A stretch of 64,000 nucleotides of DNA from contig CAXXFL010000007.1 in assembly GCA_963674965.2 (NCBI GenBank), positions 32,001 through 96,000 on the forward strand, in the 5' to 3' direction. Below the pieces are notes generated by a model, which made no database searches, was not told the DNA's origin, and saw only the letters and a program-made list of their open reading frames with translations. Below are positions 51,582 through 60,589 of the stretch, one piece after another; positions within the stretch are counted from its first letter, which is position 1; each line of letters starts with the position of its first letter. The stretch comes from a bacterium (GTDB taxonomy: Bacteria; RBG-13-61-14; DATKZS01). Made by a program: the position numbers and the translations under genes.

Positions 51582-51610
51582 AGTATAACAGTACAAGGAA
51601 GTTATGTCAA
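51582..51610 (-). promoter_or_regulatory. sigma70 promoter of the tRNA-tuf operon
   Basis: TTGACA-17 bp-TATACT. Confidence 0.85.
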
Positions 51611-51641
51611 GATAACGCCTTAAAAAAAGATAAACTCATAC

Positions 51642-52478
51642 TTACTCCCCGGCCTTCCATGCAATCTTGGAACCATCATTGGCCAGGGAGTCATGATTGA
51701 GTAATGTTTTCCCCTGCATTATCTGGAAAAAGATTATAGCAGAAGCCGCCGACGCGTTCAAGCTGGAAGTTTTTCCCCCAAGACGAATTTTAAATAAAAA
51801 ATCTATTTCTTTTTTAATCCCGGGCCTTATACCCTTGCCTTCCGCCCCGATGACGACGGCGGTCTTGCTCGATAACTCTACCTCGCCTATCTCCTTTTCC
51901 GCCTCGGGGTCGGCGCCGAAAATCCAGTAGCCCGCTTCTTTTAATTCCTTAAGGGCGCGGGACAGGTTAACGGCCTCGGCGATCCGGATGTATTCCATGG
52001 ACCCCGAGCTGGCCTTATGCGCCGCGGCGGTCATGCCCGCCGACCTGTCCTTCCCTATCACCACCGCGTCAAGGCCCAGGGCCTCGGCGCTTCGAAGGAT
52101 CGAGCCGAAGTTCATGGGGTCGGTCACGCCGTCGAGGACCGCAATGGCGGACCTTTCGGACCCGAGACAATCCGAGACCGAGACGGTCTCCGGCATGGGC
52201 GCCAGTACGGCCATGCCCTGGTGGACCCGGGCCTGGACCATGGCGTCGAACTCTCGTGTGTCCATCTCGAGGACGGGAACGCCCAGCGCCCCGGCCTTCT
52301 CCATGACCGCTTTACGCGAGGCGGACATATTATAAGGATCGGGCCCTGGTTCCCTGTCGCCCTTCCCTCTTCGCAGGACGACCCTTTCCGCGGCGCGAGG
52401 GCGAGCGTCCAGCACGGCCATTACCGAGTGGTAGCCAAATATCCATTCTTTTTTGTTTTTTTGCTTCTTCATGGCCAT
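51642..52478 (-). CDS. rlmB: 23S rRNA Gm2251 methyltransferase (TrmH/SpoU family)
   Basis: HQG, LDGVTDP.NFGSILRSA, GAEGKG, SLNAS SPOUT motifs; usual position before tRNA cluster. Confidence 0.88.
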   Translation of the reverse strand: MAMKKQKNKKEWIFGYHSVMAVLDARPRAAERVVLRRGKGDREPGPDPYNMSASRKAVMEKAGALGVPVLEMDTREFDAMVQARVHQGMAVLAPMPETVSVSDCLGSERSAIAVLDGVTDPMNFGSILRSAEALGLDAVVIGKDRSAGMTAAAHKASSGSMEYIRIAEAVNLSRALKELKEAGYWIFGADPEAEKEIGEVELSSKTAVVIGAEGKGIRPGIKKEIDFLFKIRLGGKTSSLNASAASAIIFFQIMQGKTLLNHDSLANDGSKIAWKAGE

Positions 52479-52575
52479 GGGACCGAAGCGGCCTTCTTTC
52501 GGCGTCCATTTTGGGCGGCCCCCGTTTCGGCCGACCTGAAAAACGGGCCGTCAGGGCCGCCGAAAACAATTCATA

Positions 52576-53388
52576 TTATTTATTGTCTTTTCCTTCGTCC
52601 TCGGACGGGGGTTTTTCTTCCTTGTCCGCCCCGGAGTCGGTTGGCTTTCCTTCTTTATTTTCAGTAGCTTCGCCTTCCTTTGCATCGTCTTTATTCTGGG
52701 CCGGCTCCTCTTGGTCCTTTTCCCACCAGAAGATGGCCTTTCTCCACTGCGGCTTGATATCGCTGGGCTTGTCTTCGTCCAGGGCCTTCTTCCTCTCCCT
52801 CAGTTCTTTGCGAACGGCCAGGAGCCTGTCGATCACGATGGCCCTGTTGGCCAGGTCGGCGTTGAGGGTCGGAACTATCCAGCCCTGGTTTCGGGCCATG
52901 ACGTAAATGGCCTTCACTTTTTTAGGGTCCTTGGGAAAAAACTCGATGGAAAAGGAGCCGTAAAGGCTTTTAAGGTTCCCCTCTTCCATTTTCCAGGTAA
53001 TGGTCCAGGCGGGCTTGTCCTCGGCGAAGGCCAGGATGTAGTTGTAATCCGGCGAGGGCCAGATGTTCTTGACCGTCACGTGCAGGCGTTTGGTCTCGTC
53101 CTTGCTCGGAAGCACCTCCACCGCGTGAATATCTGGAAAAATCCGGGCGTATTCCTTATAGTCGGTCATCACCTCCCAGACCATCTCGGCGGGGGCGTCA
53201 AAGAGGATTTCTCCCTTTACCTCATGGACCCTGGTGTCGGGCGCCTCCTTGAAGCTGATAATGACCTCGCCCCGGTTCAACCTGTCCTCATCGCTGGGCA
53301 GAAGCTGGGCCTCGCCGTGGCCGGACGGCCACAGGGTCATTATTCCCGCCAGGAGCAGGAAGTAGACGACGTATCTTAAATTCGCCAT
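52576..53388 (-). CDS. Exported SRPBCC/START (Coq10/polyketide cyclase-like) protein with acidic tail
   Basis: Signal peptide; APAEMVWEVMTDY...IFP; EGNLKSLYGSF. Confidence 0.7.
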   Translation of the reverse strand: MANLRYVVYFLLLAGIMTLWPSGHGEAQLLPSDEDRLNRGEVIISFKEAPDTRVHEVKGEILFDAPAEMVWEVMTDYKEYARIFPDIHAVEVLPSKDETKRLHVTVKNIWPSPDYNYILAFAEDKPAWTITWKMEEGNLKSLYGSFSIEFFPKDPKKVKAIYVMARNQGWIVPTLNADLANRAIVIDRLLAVRKELRERKKALDEDKPSDIKPQWRKAIFWWEKDQEEPAQNKDDAKEGEATENKEGKPTDSGADKEEKPPSEDEGKDNK

Positions 53389-53446
53389 GTATTTACCCGT
53401 AAAGAAAGCCGGCTCTCAGGCCGGCCTTCATCGTCATTTTTTATTT

Positions 53447-53475
53447 ATGCTAGTCCATGGGGGGCCGAATGTCAA
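53447..53475 (-). promoter_or_regulatory. sigma70-type promoter
   Basis: TTGACA-17 bp-TAGCAT. Confidence 0.6.
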
Positions 53476-53741
53476 GGAAAGGGCCTTTGCGAGCGCGCCA
53501 TTAGTGGAGCCGTAAAAAGCGCAAAAACAAGGCGTAATATCGAAATATCTTTTCGGCTGCAAAGCTCGAAGATCGCATGGTAAATAATAATCGGGCCCTT
53601 TCTTCTTTTTCACTCGCCTCGCCGGCTCGATAATTCCTTGTTCTTAAATTGCTTACGCCGCGCCGTTGCAAGCGGCGCCCGGGCGCATCTTCGGAGCTAT
53701 GGCGAAGGCCGGAAAGCCATTCAATAACCGCTCGCCCTCGG

Positions 53742-54440
53742 CTATTGCCCGGCCGGTTTGTAACCTTCCTTTTTATAAGTCCCGCCCGACTCGATCCACT
53801 GGCGCTGGACGGAGAGTGAGGACGGCAGGTCCTTTTTAATCATATACTCCTGGACAAAGTCGGGGATAAGGGCCTTGGTCTCGACCCAGGTGCTGTAGCG
53901 GGCGAAGGTGCTTTTATCGTCCACCCAGTAAAACTGCCACGCGCCGGAGAGCTGTTTCATGTCGTTTTTATAGTCGGGATCGAGCTTCCAACTGGAGCGG
54001 TAACTGCTTTTATCGCGGTCACCGATTATCTGGTAGTTGATTTTAATGCCCATGATATCTACGGACAGCTTGAGCCTGTCTCCGCCGTCCCACTTTTCTA
54101 CCAGCTCGCTGCTCTCGAGGCGGGGAAGGTATTCCTCCTGGCGCCATCCCTGGGTGATCAGGTCCCAGACCTCGTCGATATTCTTCCTGAACATCATGGC
54201 CGCCCTGACCACCTGCTCACCCTTCATGTCCCTGGGCTTGTCCAGGATGACTATCTCGCCCTTGTTGGCCCGCTCGACCTGCTCGGGCGTCATGCCCTCG
54301 TGGGCGGAGGGGTCTTGAACGGTCATGGCTCCCTTTGGAGGGCCCGAGCCCCGGTCCGCCGACGTCCACGCGGGAAGGACCAAAAGCGCCGCTAATACCA
54401 AAGCGGCCGAGAAGGCAATAGCCTGGGTTTTGTACTTCAT
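53742..54440 (-). CDS. Exported SRPBCC/START family protein
   Basis: Signal peptide; IDEVWDLI...EYLP; LSGAWQF; LIPDFVQ; paralogous to 52576-53388. Confidence 0.7.
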   Translation of the reverse strand: MKYKTQAIAFSAALVLAALLVLPAWTSADRGSGPPKGAMTVQDPSAHEGMTPEQVERANKGEIVILDKPRDMKGEQVVRAAMMFRKNIDEVWDLITQGWRQEEYLPRLESSELVEKWDGGDRLKLSVDIMGIKINYQIIGDRDKSSYRSSWKLDPDYKNDMKQLSGAWQFYWVDDKSTFARYSTWVETKALIPDFVQEYMIKKDLPSSLSVQRQWIESGGTYKKEGYKPAGQ

Positions 54441-54554
54441 TTCTTTCCTCCATTATGGGAATGGTATTGCCGCGGTCGCCGGAGGCAACTTCCTTAGCCG
54501 GCGATGGGCTTACCATAATGATATCACGAGGTGGGCTTCAAAATAATTTTGCCG

Positions 54555-56387
54555 TTAGGGGGACGATTCTTTTTTGATCTTCAAGATGGCGGACCCCGTT
54601 CCCGGGACCTGGGCCACCACCTCGAAGCTCTCGGGATAGGCGCGGATGGTGGGGACCAGGACGTTCTCCACGAACCATCCGGGCCCGCCGGGAAAGCTCG
54701 AGCCCCATTCGTCGGCCAGGACGTAATCCGCTTTTGCCTCGGCCAGGTAATCCCTCACTTCTTTCAGGTCGTGGGAATAGGGAATCGAGCCGCAGGTCCT
54801 TCCCGTGAAGAGCCGGCAAGGCGGCGGGGAATGATAAATCAGGATCGAGTCCGGCTCCGTGACCTCGGCCGCAATCATAAGCAGCTTATAGCTGTCCATC
54901 ACGTCCCGGCTGGAGAAGCGGACCTTAAAACCCGGGCGGAAGGTCTCGGTCGGAAGCCTGGAGGCGGCCATGTAATATCGGACGTCGTCAACCAGGTTGA
55001 AAGCCGTCACGGATATAACGGACGCCAAAAGGAGCGCCAAAGGAAATAGCTTGCCGGGTCCCTTGTCGGGATCGACTTTAAAGGCCCGCCATACCCGCGC
55101 CGCCAGGAACTCGAGGAAAAGCCTTGCGCCCTCAATAATCAGAAGGATGGAAAAGGGCAAAAGAGGAAAAACCAGCCTGGGGTCGAGCATGGGCCAAAGG
55201 GACATGGCCCCGAAATATGAGGCCATAAAAAAGAAAATCATCTCGGCCAGGGTCCGGTCCCTTCTCCACAATCCAGCCAGGCCCAGAAGCGCCAGGCCTA
55301 AAGCCGAGGCGTTGATGGACCAGGCCCAAAGCCCGGAGATTTTATCTATATCTCCCGCTGGGACCATGGGCATTAGAAGCGCCAGCCTCTGGTACAGGAA
55401 GCCGTTCGTGACGACCCTCTTCACGGCCTTGGGGATCGAAGCCCGAGGCACGGGTCCCATCAGGGGCGCGTGAAAATCCACGGCGATCATCTCGGGGCTG
55501 TCCGGCTTGAGGTCCATCATGAACCAGTCCACGTAGCCGAACTCGGAGGAACCAGGAGACGAGTCCCCTCTCGATCCCCACAATAAAAGCGCCAATAAGA
55601 CGGGGACCGCTATGGCCGCGGCCCAAGCCGACCGCCTCCATAGATGCCCCCGCCCCGAGGCAAACAACCTGGGAAACAGCATATGAGCGGTCCAGGCCAC
55701 CACCAGCGCCAGTCCCATCGAACGGGTGAAAACGGACGCGAGGACAAGGGCGGCCGAGGCAAAGCCCAGGATATACAAGCGCCGTTTGGCAGGGATTCCC
55801 TTTCGACCGGCCTCCCCTTCCCTCTCCCCTGCAATGTTTTTTCCCGGGGCGGGCCAAATCGAGCCGGACAACGATACCAGGCAGATCATGGACGAAAGGA
55901 CCAGGAACATGAAAGGCACGTCGGATTTGGGACCGGTGAAGAACCGGAAAAGGTCGGGACAGGAAATGAGAGCGACGGCCGCCGCCAGGCCCGCCAGGGC
56001 GCCCGAGGCCCTTTGGCCAAGCGCCGCCGCCGCGGCCGCGGATGCCCCGTAGCATAGCCACATCATGACCTTCATGGGGTACAGCTTCATGCCGAAGAGC
56101 TTGATCAAGGCGGCCAGACCCAGATAAAAAAGAGGAGGTTCCCTTACGTGGGCCGGGTGGCCGGGAAGGGACAGGTCGATAAATCCCAGACCGTCGGCCA
56201 GGGCCTGCCCAAGAAGCATCCCCTGGCTCTCCGAGCCGAGCAGGAAATAGAAAACCGAGTCGAGTCTCAATCCGTAAAAAGCCAGGGCAAGAATAAAGGC
56301 AAGCAAGGGCGCCCATATTCGCGAGACCGGTCTTTTCGATTCCGCCGGCGCGTCCGGATTTTTCATGATTGATTCCGGCCGGTCCAT
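54555..56387 (-). CDS. GT-C fold membrane glycosyltransferase
   Basis: Multi-TM, colinear with 4368-6056; directly downstream of a GT2 polyprenol-phosphate glycosyltransferase. Confidence 0.65.
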   Translation of the reverse strand: MDRPESIMKNPDAPAESKRPVSRIWAPLLAFILALAFYGLRLDSVFYFLLGSESQGMLLGQALADGLGFIDLSLPGHPAHVREPPLFYLGLAALIKLFGMKLYPMKVMMWLCYGASAAAAAALGQRASGALAGLAAAVALISCPDLFRFFTGPKSDVPFMFLVLSSMICLVSLSGSIWPAPGKNIAGEREGEAGRKGIPAKRRLYILGFASAALVLASVFTRSMGLALVVAWTAHMLFPRLFASGRGHLWRRSAWAAAIAVPVLLALLLWGSRGDSSPGSSEFGYVDWFMMDLKPDSPEMIAVDFHAPLMGPVPRASIPKAVKRVVTNGFLYQRLALLMPMVPAGDIDKISGLWAWSINASALGLALLGLAGLWRRDRTLAEMIFFFMASYFGAMSLWPMLDPRLVFPLLPFSILLIIEGARLFLEFLAARVWRAFKVDPDKGPGKLFPLALLLASVISVTAFNLVDDVRYYMAASRLPTETFRPGFKVRFSSRDVMDSYKLLMIAAEVTEPDSILIYHSPPPCRLFTGRTCGSIPYSHDLKEVRDYLAEAKADYVLADEWGSSFPGGPGWFVENVLVPTIRAYPESFEVVAQVPGTGSAILKIKKESSP

Positions 56388-56405
56388 GGGCCGCCCTCCC
56401 TCGGC

Positions 56406-57164
56406 CTAGGCGCCCGCGTTGGAGGAGTATCCCCGCGCGCTTGGTCCCGGACTGGTAAGCCTTTTGAGACCCATGGCGAAGAGCCTGTAGATGGCGGAGA
56501 ACACCTCGGTCCGGTCGATCTTGGACTTGCCCGCCCTCCGCTCGACGAAGGTGATGGGGACCTCGACGGTGGAAAAACCGTTATAACGGCACTCGAAGAG
56601 CATTTCCTCGGCAAAGGCGTAGCCGTCGGACCTGAACCTTTCGAAATCGAGCTTGGCCAGCATGTCCACCCGATAGCACCGAAAGGATGAGGTCCAGTCC
56701 CTGATCTCTCCTCCCAGGACCAGACGGGCCGCCGTGTTGGCGCCCTTTGAGAGGAACACGCGGTGCCAGGCCCAGTTCACCACTTTTCCGCCCGGCACGT
56801 ACCTCGAGCCGATGGCCACGTCATGGTCATCCGCGGCCGCCACCAGGGCGGGGACCGACTCGGGGGCGTGAGACCCGTCGGCGTCCATGATCACCACCCG
56901 GTCGTAGCCTCCGTCGATGCCCGCTCGCATCCCGGCCCGCTGGGCCCCTCCCAGGCCCATCTTGCCCGGCCGAAGATGGACCGACACCTTCTCGGGAGGC
57001 CCGGCCGTTTGGGCCAGTTCGGCCGTGCCGTCGGGAGAAGAGTCGTCCACAACCAGGACGTCAAGGTCCATGTCCAGGGACAGAAGAGACTCGACGATCC
57101 ACTTGATATTACAGGCCTCGTTATAAGTGGGAAGAGCGGCCAGTACGCGCGGTTTGCCATCCAT
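56406..57164 (-). CDS. Polyprenol monophosphomannose synthase (DPM1/Ppm1-like GT2)
   Basis: PTYNE, VDDSSPDGT, MDADGSH, GSRYVPGG, EVPITFVERRAGKSK. Confidence 0.9.
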   Translation of the reverse strand: MDGKPRVLAALPTYNEACNIKWIVESLLSLDMDLDVLVVDDSSPDGTAELAQTAGPPEKVSVHLRPGKMGLGGAQRAGMRAGIDGGYDRVVIMDADGSHAPESVPALVAAADDHDVAIGSRYVPGGKVVNWAWHRVFLSKGANTAARLVLGGEIRDWTSSFRCYRVDMLAKLDFERFRSDGYAFAEEMLFECRYNGFSTVEVPITFVERRAGKSKIDRTEVFSAIYRLFAMGLKRLTSPGPSARGYSSNAGA

Positions 57165-57170
57165 GGGAAA

Positions 57171-57198
57171 ATCTTAACACACCATGGCCAAATGACAA
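57171..57198 (-). promoter_or_regulatory. sigma70 promoter giving a leaderless mRNA
   Basis: TTGTCA-16 bp-TAAGAT with extended TG, 6 nt before ATG at 57164; no SD. Confidence 0.55.
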
Positions 57199-57271
57199 AA
57201 AGGCAACTTGGAAAAGCTATTGGGAACATGGATTAGTAGTGGCCATGAAAGAAGGGCAAGGATCCAGGACT

Positions 57272-57309
57272 AAAAAAGCCTCCGCCCCCTTGTTGTAGGG
57301 GGCGGAGGC
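57272..57309 (-). terminator. Strong rho-independent terminator with no upstream CDS
   Basis: Perfect 13-bp stem GCCTCCGCCCCCT/AGGGGGCGGAGGC, 6-nt loop, U6 on minus strand. Confidence 0.85.
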
Positions 57310-57346
57310 CTGATGAAAAGGTTTGGCTTTTTTATTGGGGATTTGT
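57272..57346 (-). ncRNA. Candidate ~75-nt small RNA
   Basis: Lies between an ECF-type promoter and the orphan terminator; no ORF. Confidence 0.5.
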
Positions 57347-57351
57347 ATATA

Positions 57352-57378
57352 TAGACTTTCCGGTTTTGGAAAGGTTCC
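57352..57378 (-). promoter_or_regulatory. ECF-sigma (sigmaE-like) promoter candidate with upstream A-tracts
   Basis: GGAACC-16 bp-GTCTA; three A-tracts at 57390-57417. Confidence 0.55.
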
Positions 57379-57592
57379 GGCTTGGCGTCATTTTTTTATT
57401 GTTTTTTTATTTTTTTTGACGGCGGACTCTCGACTTTGAAATAAAGCCTTATAAATCGGCAAGTTGTCTAACAGTATCGGACCCGGAGGGGCAATTCGCC
57501 GCCAAGGGGACCCTCAAAGGCAAGATATCCGTTCAGCTTCATATTTTTCCTGGCTCCTTGGCGGCCATGTTCCCGGCCATATCGCAATAGGC

Positions 57593-57621
57593 TTGACTTG
57601 GCCGGTTTTGGGCCATAAAAT
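57593..57621 (+). promoter_or_regulatory. sigma70 promoter of the AlkP-cysC operon
   Basis: TTGACT-17 bp-TAAAAT. Confidence 0.7.
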
Positions 57622-57697
57622 CGTAAACTCCGGCGGGGTTTTCATTCCGCCAGGAGTTCAAAATAAGCCCGCAATAAGGGGAGTTGTTAACGATATC

Positions 57698-59080
57698 ATG
57701 AAGAAGATAGTCATACTTGGTTTGGACTGCGCCACTCCCCAGCTTCTTTTCGATGAATTCAGGGACGCGCTTCCCAATTTACGCTCTCTAATGGAAAAGG
57801 GGGTTTACGCCAAACTCCGGAGCACTGACCCTCCCATTACCGTCCCCGCCTGGACGGCCATGATGACGAGCAAGGACCCGGGCATCCTGGGTTTTTACGG
57901 TTTCCGAAACCGGGCGGCTTACGACTACTCGAGCCTTTATTTCGCCAACGCCAAGTACGTTAAGGAAAAGACCATATGGAACTACGTTTCCAGGAACCGC
58001 ATGTCCTCGCTGGTGTTCGGCGTTCCTCAAACATATCCTCCCAAGCCCCTTAACGGCATGATGGTGGCCAGCTTCCTGACTCCCAACAAGGAGGTCCAGT
58101 ACACTTGGCCCGACGACGTGAAGGCCGAGCTCGACCAGGCCGCCGACGGCGACTATATGATCGACGTGGACGACTTTCGGACCGACGACAAGGACCGGCT
58201 GCTCGAGCAGATTTACGTGATGACCGAGCGGCGCTGGAAGGCCTTCCGCCACTTCTACAAAAAGGACGATTATAATTTCTCCATCGTGGTGGAGATGGGA
58301 GTGGACAGGATACACCACGCCTTCTGGCGCTTTCATGACAAGAAGCATCGCCTGTACGAGCCGGGCAACAAGTACGAGACGGCCATCCGCGATTATTACG
58401 TGGCCCTGGACGGCGAGATCGGCAAGACCCTCGAGCTTTTCGGCGAGGACACGGCGGTCATGGTCGTTTCGGACCACGGGGCCAAGACCATGCACGGGGC
58501 CATCTGCGTGAACGAGTGGATGCAGCGCGAGGGATATCTTACCTTGAAGGAAAAGCCCTCCTCCCCGGTCCGCTTCAAGATGGACATGGTGGACTGGGAC
58601 AAGACCCGGGCCTGGGGAGAGGGCGGCTATTACTCGCGGATATTCTTCAACGTGAAGGGACGCGAGCCCAACGGCCAGGTTCCCGCGGAGGAGTACGACT
58701 CCTTCCGCGAGGAGATCAAGGCCCGGCTCGAGGACATTCGGGACGAGGACGGCAACAACATCGGGACCAAGGTCCTCAAGCCCGAGGAAGCATACAAGGA
58801 AGTAAGGAACGTGGCCCCCGATCTTATCGTTTACTTCGGGGACCTCGATTGGCGCTCCGCGGGAAGCGTGGGCACGGGATCGGTGCATCTTTATGAAAAC
58901 GACACGGGACCGGACGACGCCAACCACGCCCAGGAGGGCATCTTCATATGCAGCCTCCCCCCTGAGCGCTTCGCGGAGGTAAAGGATACCTTCTCGATTT
59001 ACGACGTCGCGCCCACCGTGCTGACCTGGCTCGGGATCGACGTGCCGGGCGACATGATAGGGCGAAGCCTGATCAAGTAA
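57698..59080 (+). CDS. Alkaline phosphatase superfamily protein (nucleotide pyrophosphatase/phosphodiesterase type)
   Basis: ILGLDCA, PPITVPAW (Thr nucleophile), DRIHH, VSDHG, NH, DVAPTVL. Confidence 0.85.
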   Translation: MKKIVILGLDCATPQLLFDEFRDALPNLRSLMEKGVYAKLRSTDPPITVPAWTAMMTSKDPGILGFYGFRNRAAYDYSSLYFANAKYVKEKTIWNYVSRNRMSSLVFGVPQTYPPKPLNGMMVASFLTPNKEVQYTWPDDVKAELDQAADGDYMIDVDDFRTDDKDRLLEQIYVMTERRWKAFRHFYKKDDYNFSIVVEMGVDRIHHAFWRFHDKKHRLYEPGNKYETAIRDYYVALDGEIGKTLELFGEDTAVMVVSDHGAKTMHGAICVNEWMQREGYLTLKEKPSSPVRFKMDMVDWDKTRAWGEGGYYSRIFFNVKGREPNGQVPAEEYDSFREEIKARLEDIRDEDGNNIGTKVLKPEEAYKEVRNVAPDLIVYFGDLDWRSAGSVGTGSVHLYENDTGPDDANHAQEGIFICSLPPERFAEVKDTFSIYDVAPTVLTWLGIDVPGDMIGRSLIK

Positions 59081-59098
59081 AAAGGCGCGGGAGTTAAA

Positions 59099-59698
59099 AT
59101 GAAAGGTTTTACTCTTTGGTTCACGGGTCTCTCGGGCGCGGGCAAGTCCACCCTTTCCCAGGAGATAGAGATTGCCCTGCTCGAGCGCGGCATGCGCGTC
59201 GAGGTGCTGGACGGGGACTGCATCCGGGAAAACCTGAGCAAGGGACTTACTTTCTCGAAGGAGGACCGGGACATCAACATCAGGCGGATCGGCTTCGTCT
59301 GCAACCTTCTTACCCGGAACGACGTGGTGGCCATCGCCGCGGCCATCTCGCCCTACAAGGCGGTGAGGCGGGAGGTGCGCGAGACCATCGGCCGCTTCGT
59401 CATGGTCCACTGCGAGTGCCCCATCCCGGTGCTAAAGGAGCGCGACCCCAAGGGCCTCTACGAGAAGGCCCTGGCCGGCGAGATAAAAAACTTCACCGGC
59501 ATAAGCGATCCTTACGAGCCTCCGGAAAAACCCGAGATCGTCTGTCACACGGACAAGGAGGAAATCGAGGAGAGCGTCAACAAAATACTGGCCACCCTCG
59601 AGATTCTCGGCTATATTCCCAAACTGGACACGGCCGAGTACAGCGCCGAGGAGGAAGCGAAAATAAAGCAGAGGCTCAAGGACCTGGGATATATCTGA
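59099..59698 (+). CDS. cysC: Adenylyl-sulfate (APS) kinase
   Basis: WFTGLSGAGKST, LDGD, RDPKGLY, FTGISDPYE. Confidence 0.95.
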   Translation: MKGFTLWFTGLSGAGKSTLSQEIEIALLERGMRVEVLDGDCIRENLSKGLTFSKEDRDINIRRIGFVCNLLTRNDVVAIAAAISPYKAVRREVRETIGRFVMVHCECPIPVLKERDPKGLYEKALAGEIKNFTGISDPYEPPEKPEIVCHTDKEEIEESVNKILATLEILGYIPKLDTAEYSAEEEAKIKQRLKDLGYI

Positions 59699-59772
59699 CG
59701 GGCAAAACGGCCCGCCGCCCGGGCGGCCCAAGATGTATGGAACGATAATTATTATTTTAAGGAGGACCTAAG

Positions 59773-60519
59773 ATGTTTGACAACGCCTTCTTCAAGAAAT
59801 TTCCCCAAGCGGAAAGCTCCTTCATCGACGACGAGGGAAGCGAGAAGAAGTACCTTTTCCCGACCTTTTACGAGGGATCAAGGGCCATGATGGCCGCCTT
59901 TACCTGCTCGTGGAAAAAAGCCCAGGCCCAGCTTCCAAAAGGATGCTATCCAACCCCCGGCGGGCTGGGCAAGGCCGTGGCGATCGTCTCGGCTTTCGAG
60001 TACAACAACGTGCAGGGCATGGACCCCTACAACGAAATACTGTTCGGGTTCCCCGTGGTGCAGGTCCCCGCCGGCTCACTCGTTCCCAAGTCCGGGTTCT
60101 ACGTGGCCCGCCTGGTGGTGGACCAGCCCGACAACGTGCAGAGGGGAAAACACCTCTGGGGCATGAGCAAGTCCCTGGGCGAGTTCAAGTTCTACGACCG
60201 GGACGGATCGAGGGTATGCGAATTGTGGAGAAACGGCAGGATGGGCCTCAAGTTCGAAGTTCCCCGCCAGGGCCGCTCGCGCACCTTCGAGGAATGCCGC
60301 TACCTTATCTCCGTCAAGGGAGGCGAGATACTGCGCAGCCGCTCGTGCATGTCCGGCCGCAGGATCGAGGCCAGAAACGGCGGCAATATCACCTTGGGCG
60401 CCGACCCCATGGCGGCCGAGCTGAAGGGACTGGGCGTGGCCTCCGAGCCCATTTTCACCAGGTACATGCCCAACATGAACCAGACCCTTAACCTTGCCTC
60501 GGAGAAGTCGGCGGCGTAA
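59773..60519 (+). CDS. Acetoacetate decarboxylase-like superfamily protein
   Basis: PYNE...G-x2-LWGMSK Schiff-base lysine region. Confidence 0.65.
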   Translation: MFDNAFFKKFPQAESSFIDDEGSEKKYLFPTFYEGSRAMMAAFTCSWKKAQAQLPKGCYPTPGGLGKAVAIVSAFEYNNVQGMDPYNEILFGFPVVQVPAGSLVPKSGFYVARLVVDQPDNVQRGKHLWGMSKSLGEFKFYDRDGSRVCELWRNGRMGLKFEVPRQGRSRTFEECRYLISVKGGEILRSRSCMSGRRIEARNGGNITLGADPMAAELKGLGVASEPIFTRYMPNMNQTLNLASEKSAA

Positions 60520-60543
60520 TAACCAAGACTTTTATCCTATAAT

Positions 60544-60589
60544 CGAGGCCGGAGCGAATGATATATCGAGTCTCCGGCCTCGTTTTTTT
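60544..60589 (+). terminator. Rho-independent terminator
   Basis: 11-bp stem CGAGGCCGGAG/CTCCGGCCTCG plus T7. Confidence 0.75.

Noticed and set aside
53474-53740. Possible structured RNA or decayed MITE between the two SRPBCC genes
   Set aside because: Only loose long-range complementarity (GGAAAGGGCC/GGCCCTTTCT), single copy, no TSD and no clear promoter-terminator pair.
57313-57354. Tiny plus-strand ORF MKRFGFFIGDLYI as a leader peptide
   Set aside because: The terminator points the other way and lies upstream of it; no amino-acid biosynthesis operon follows.
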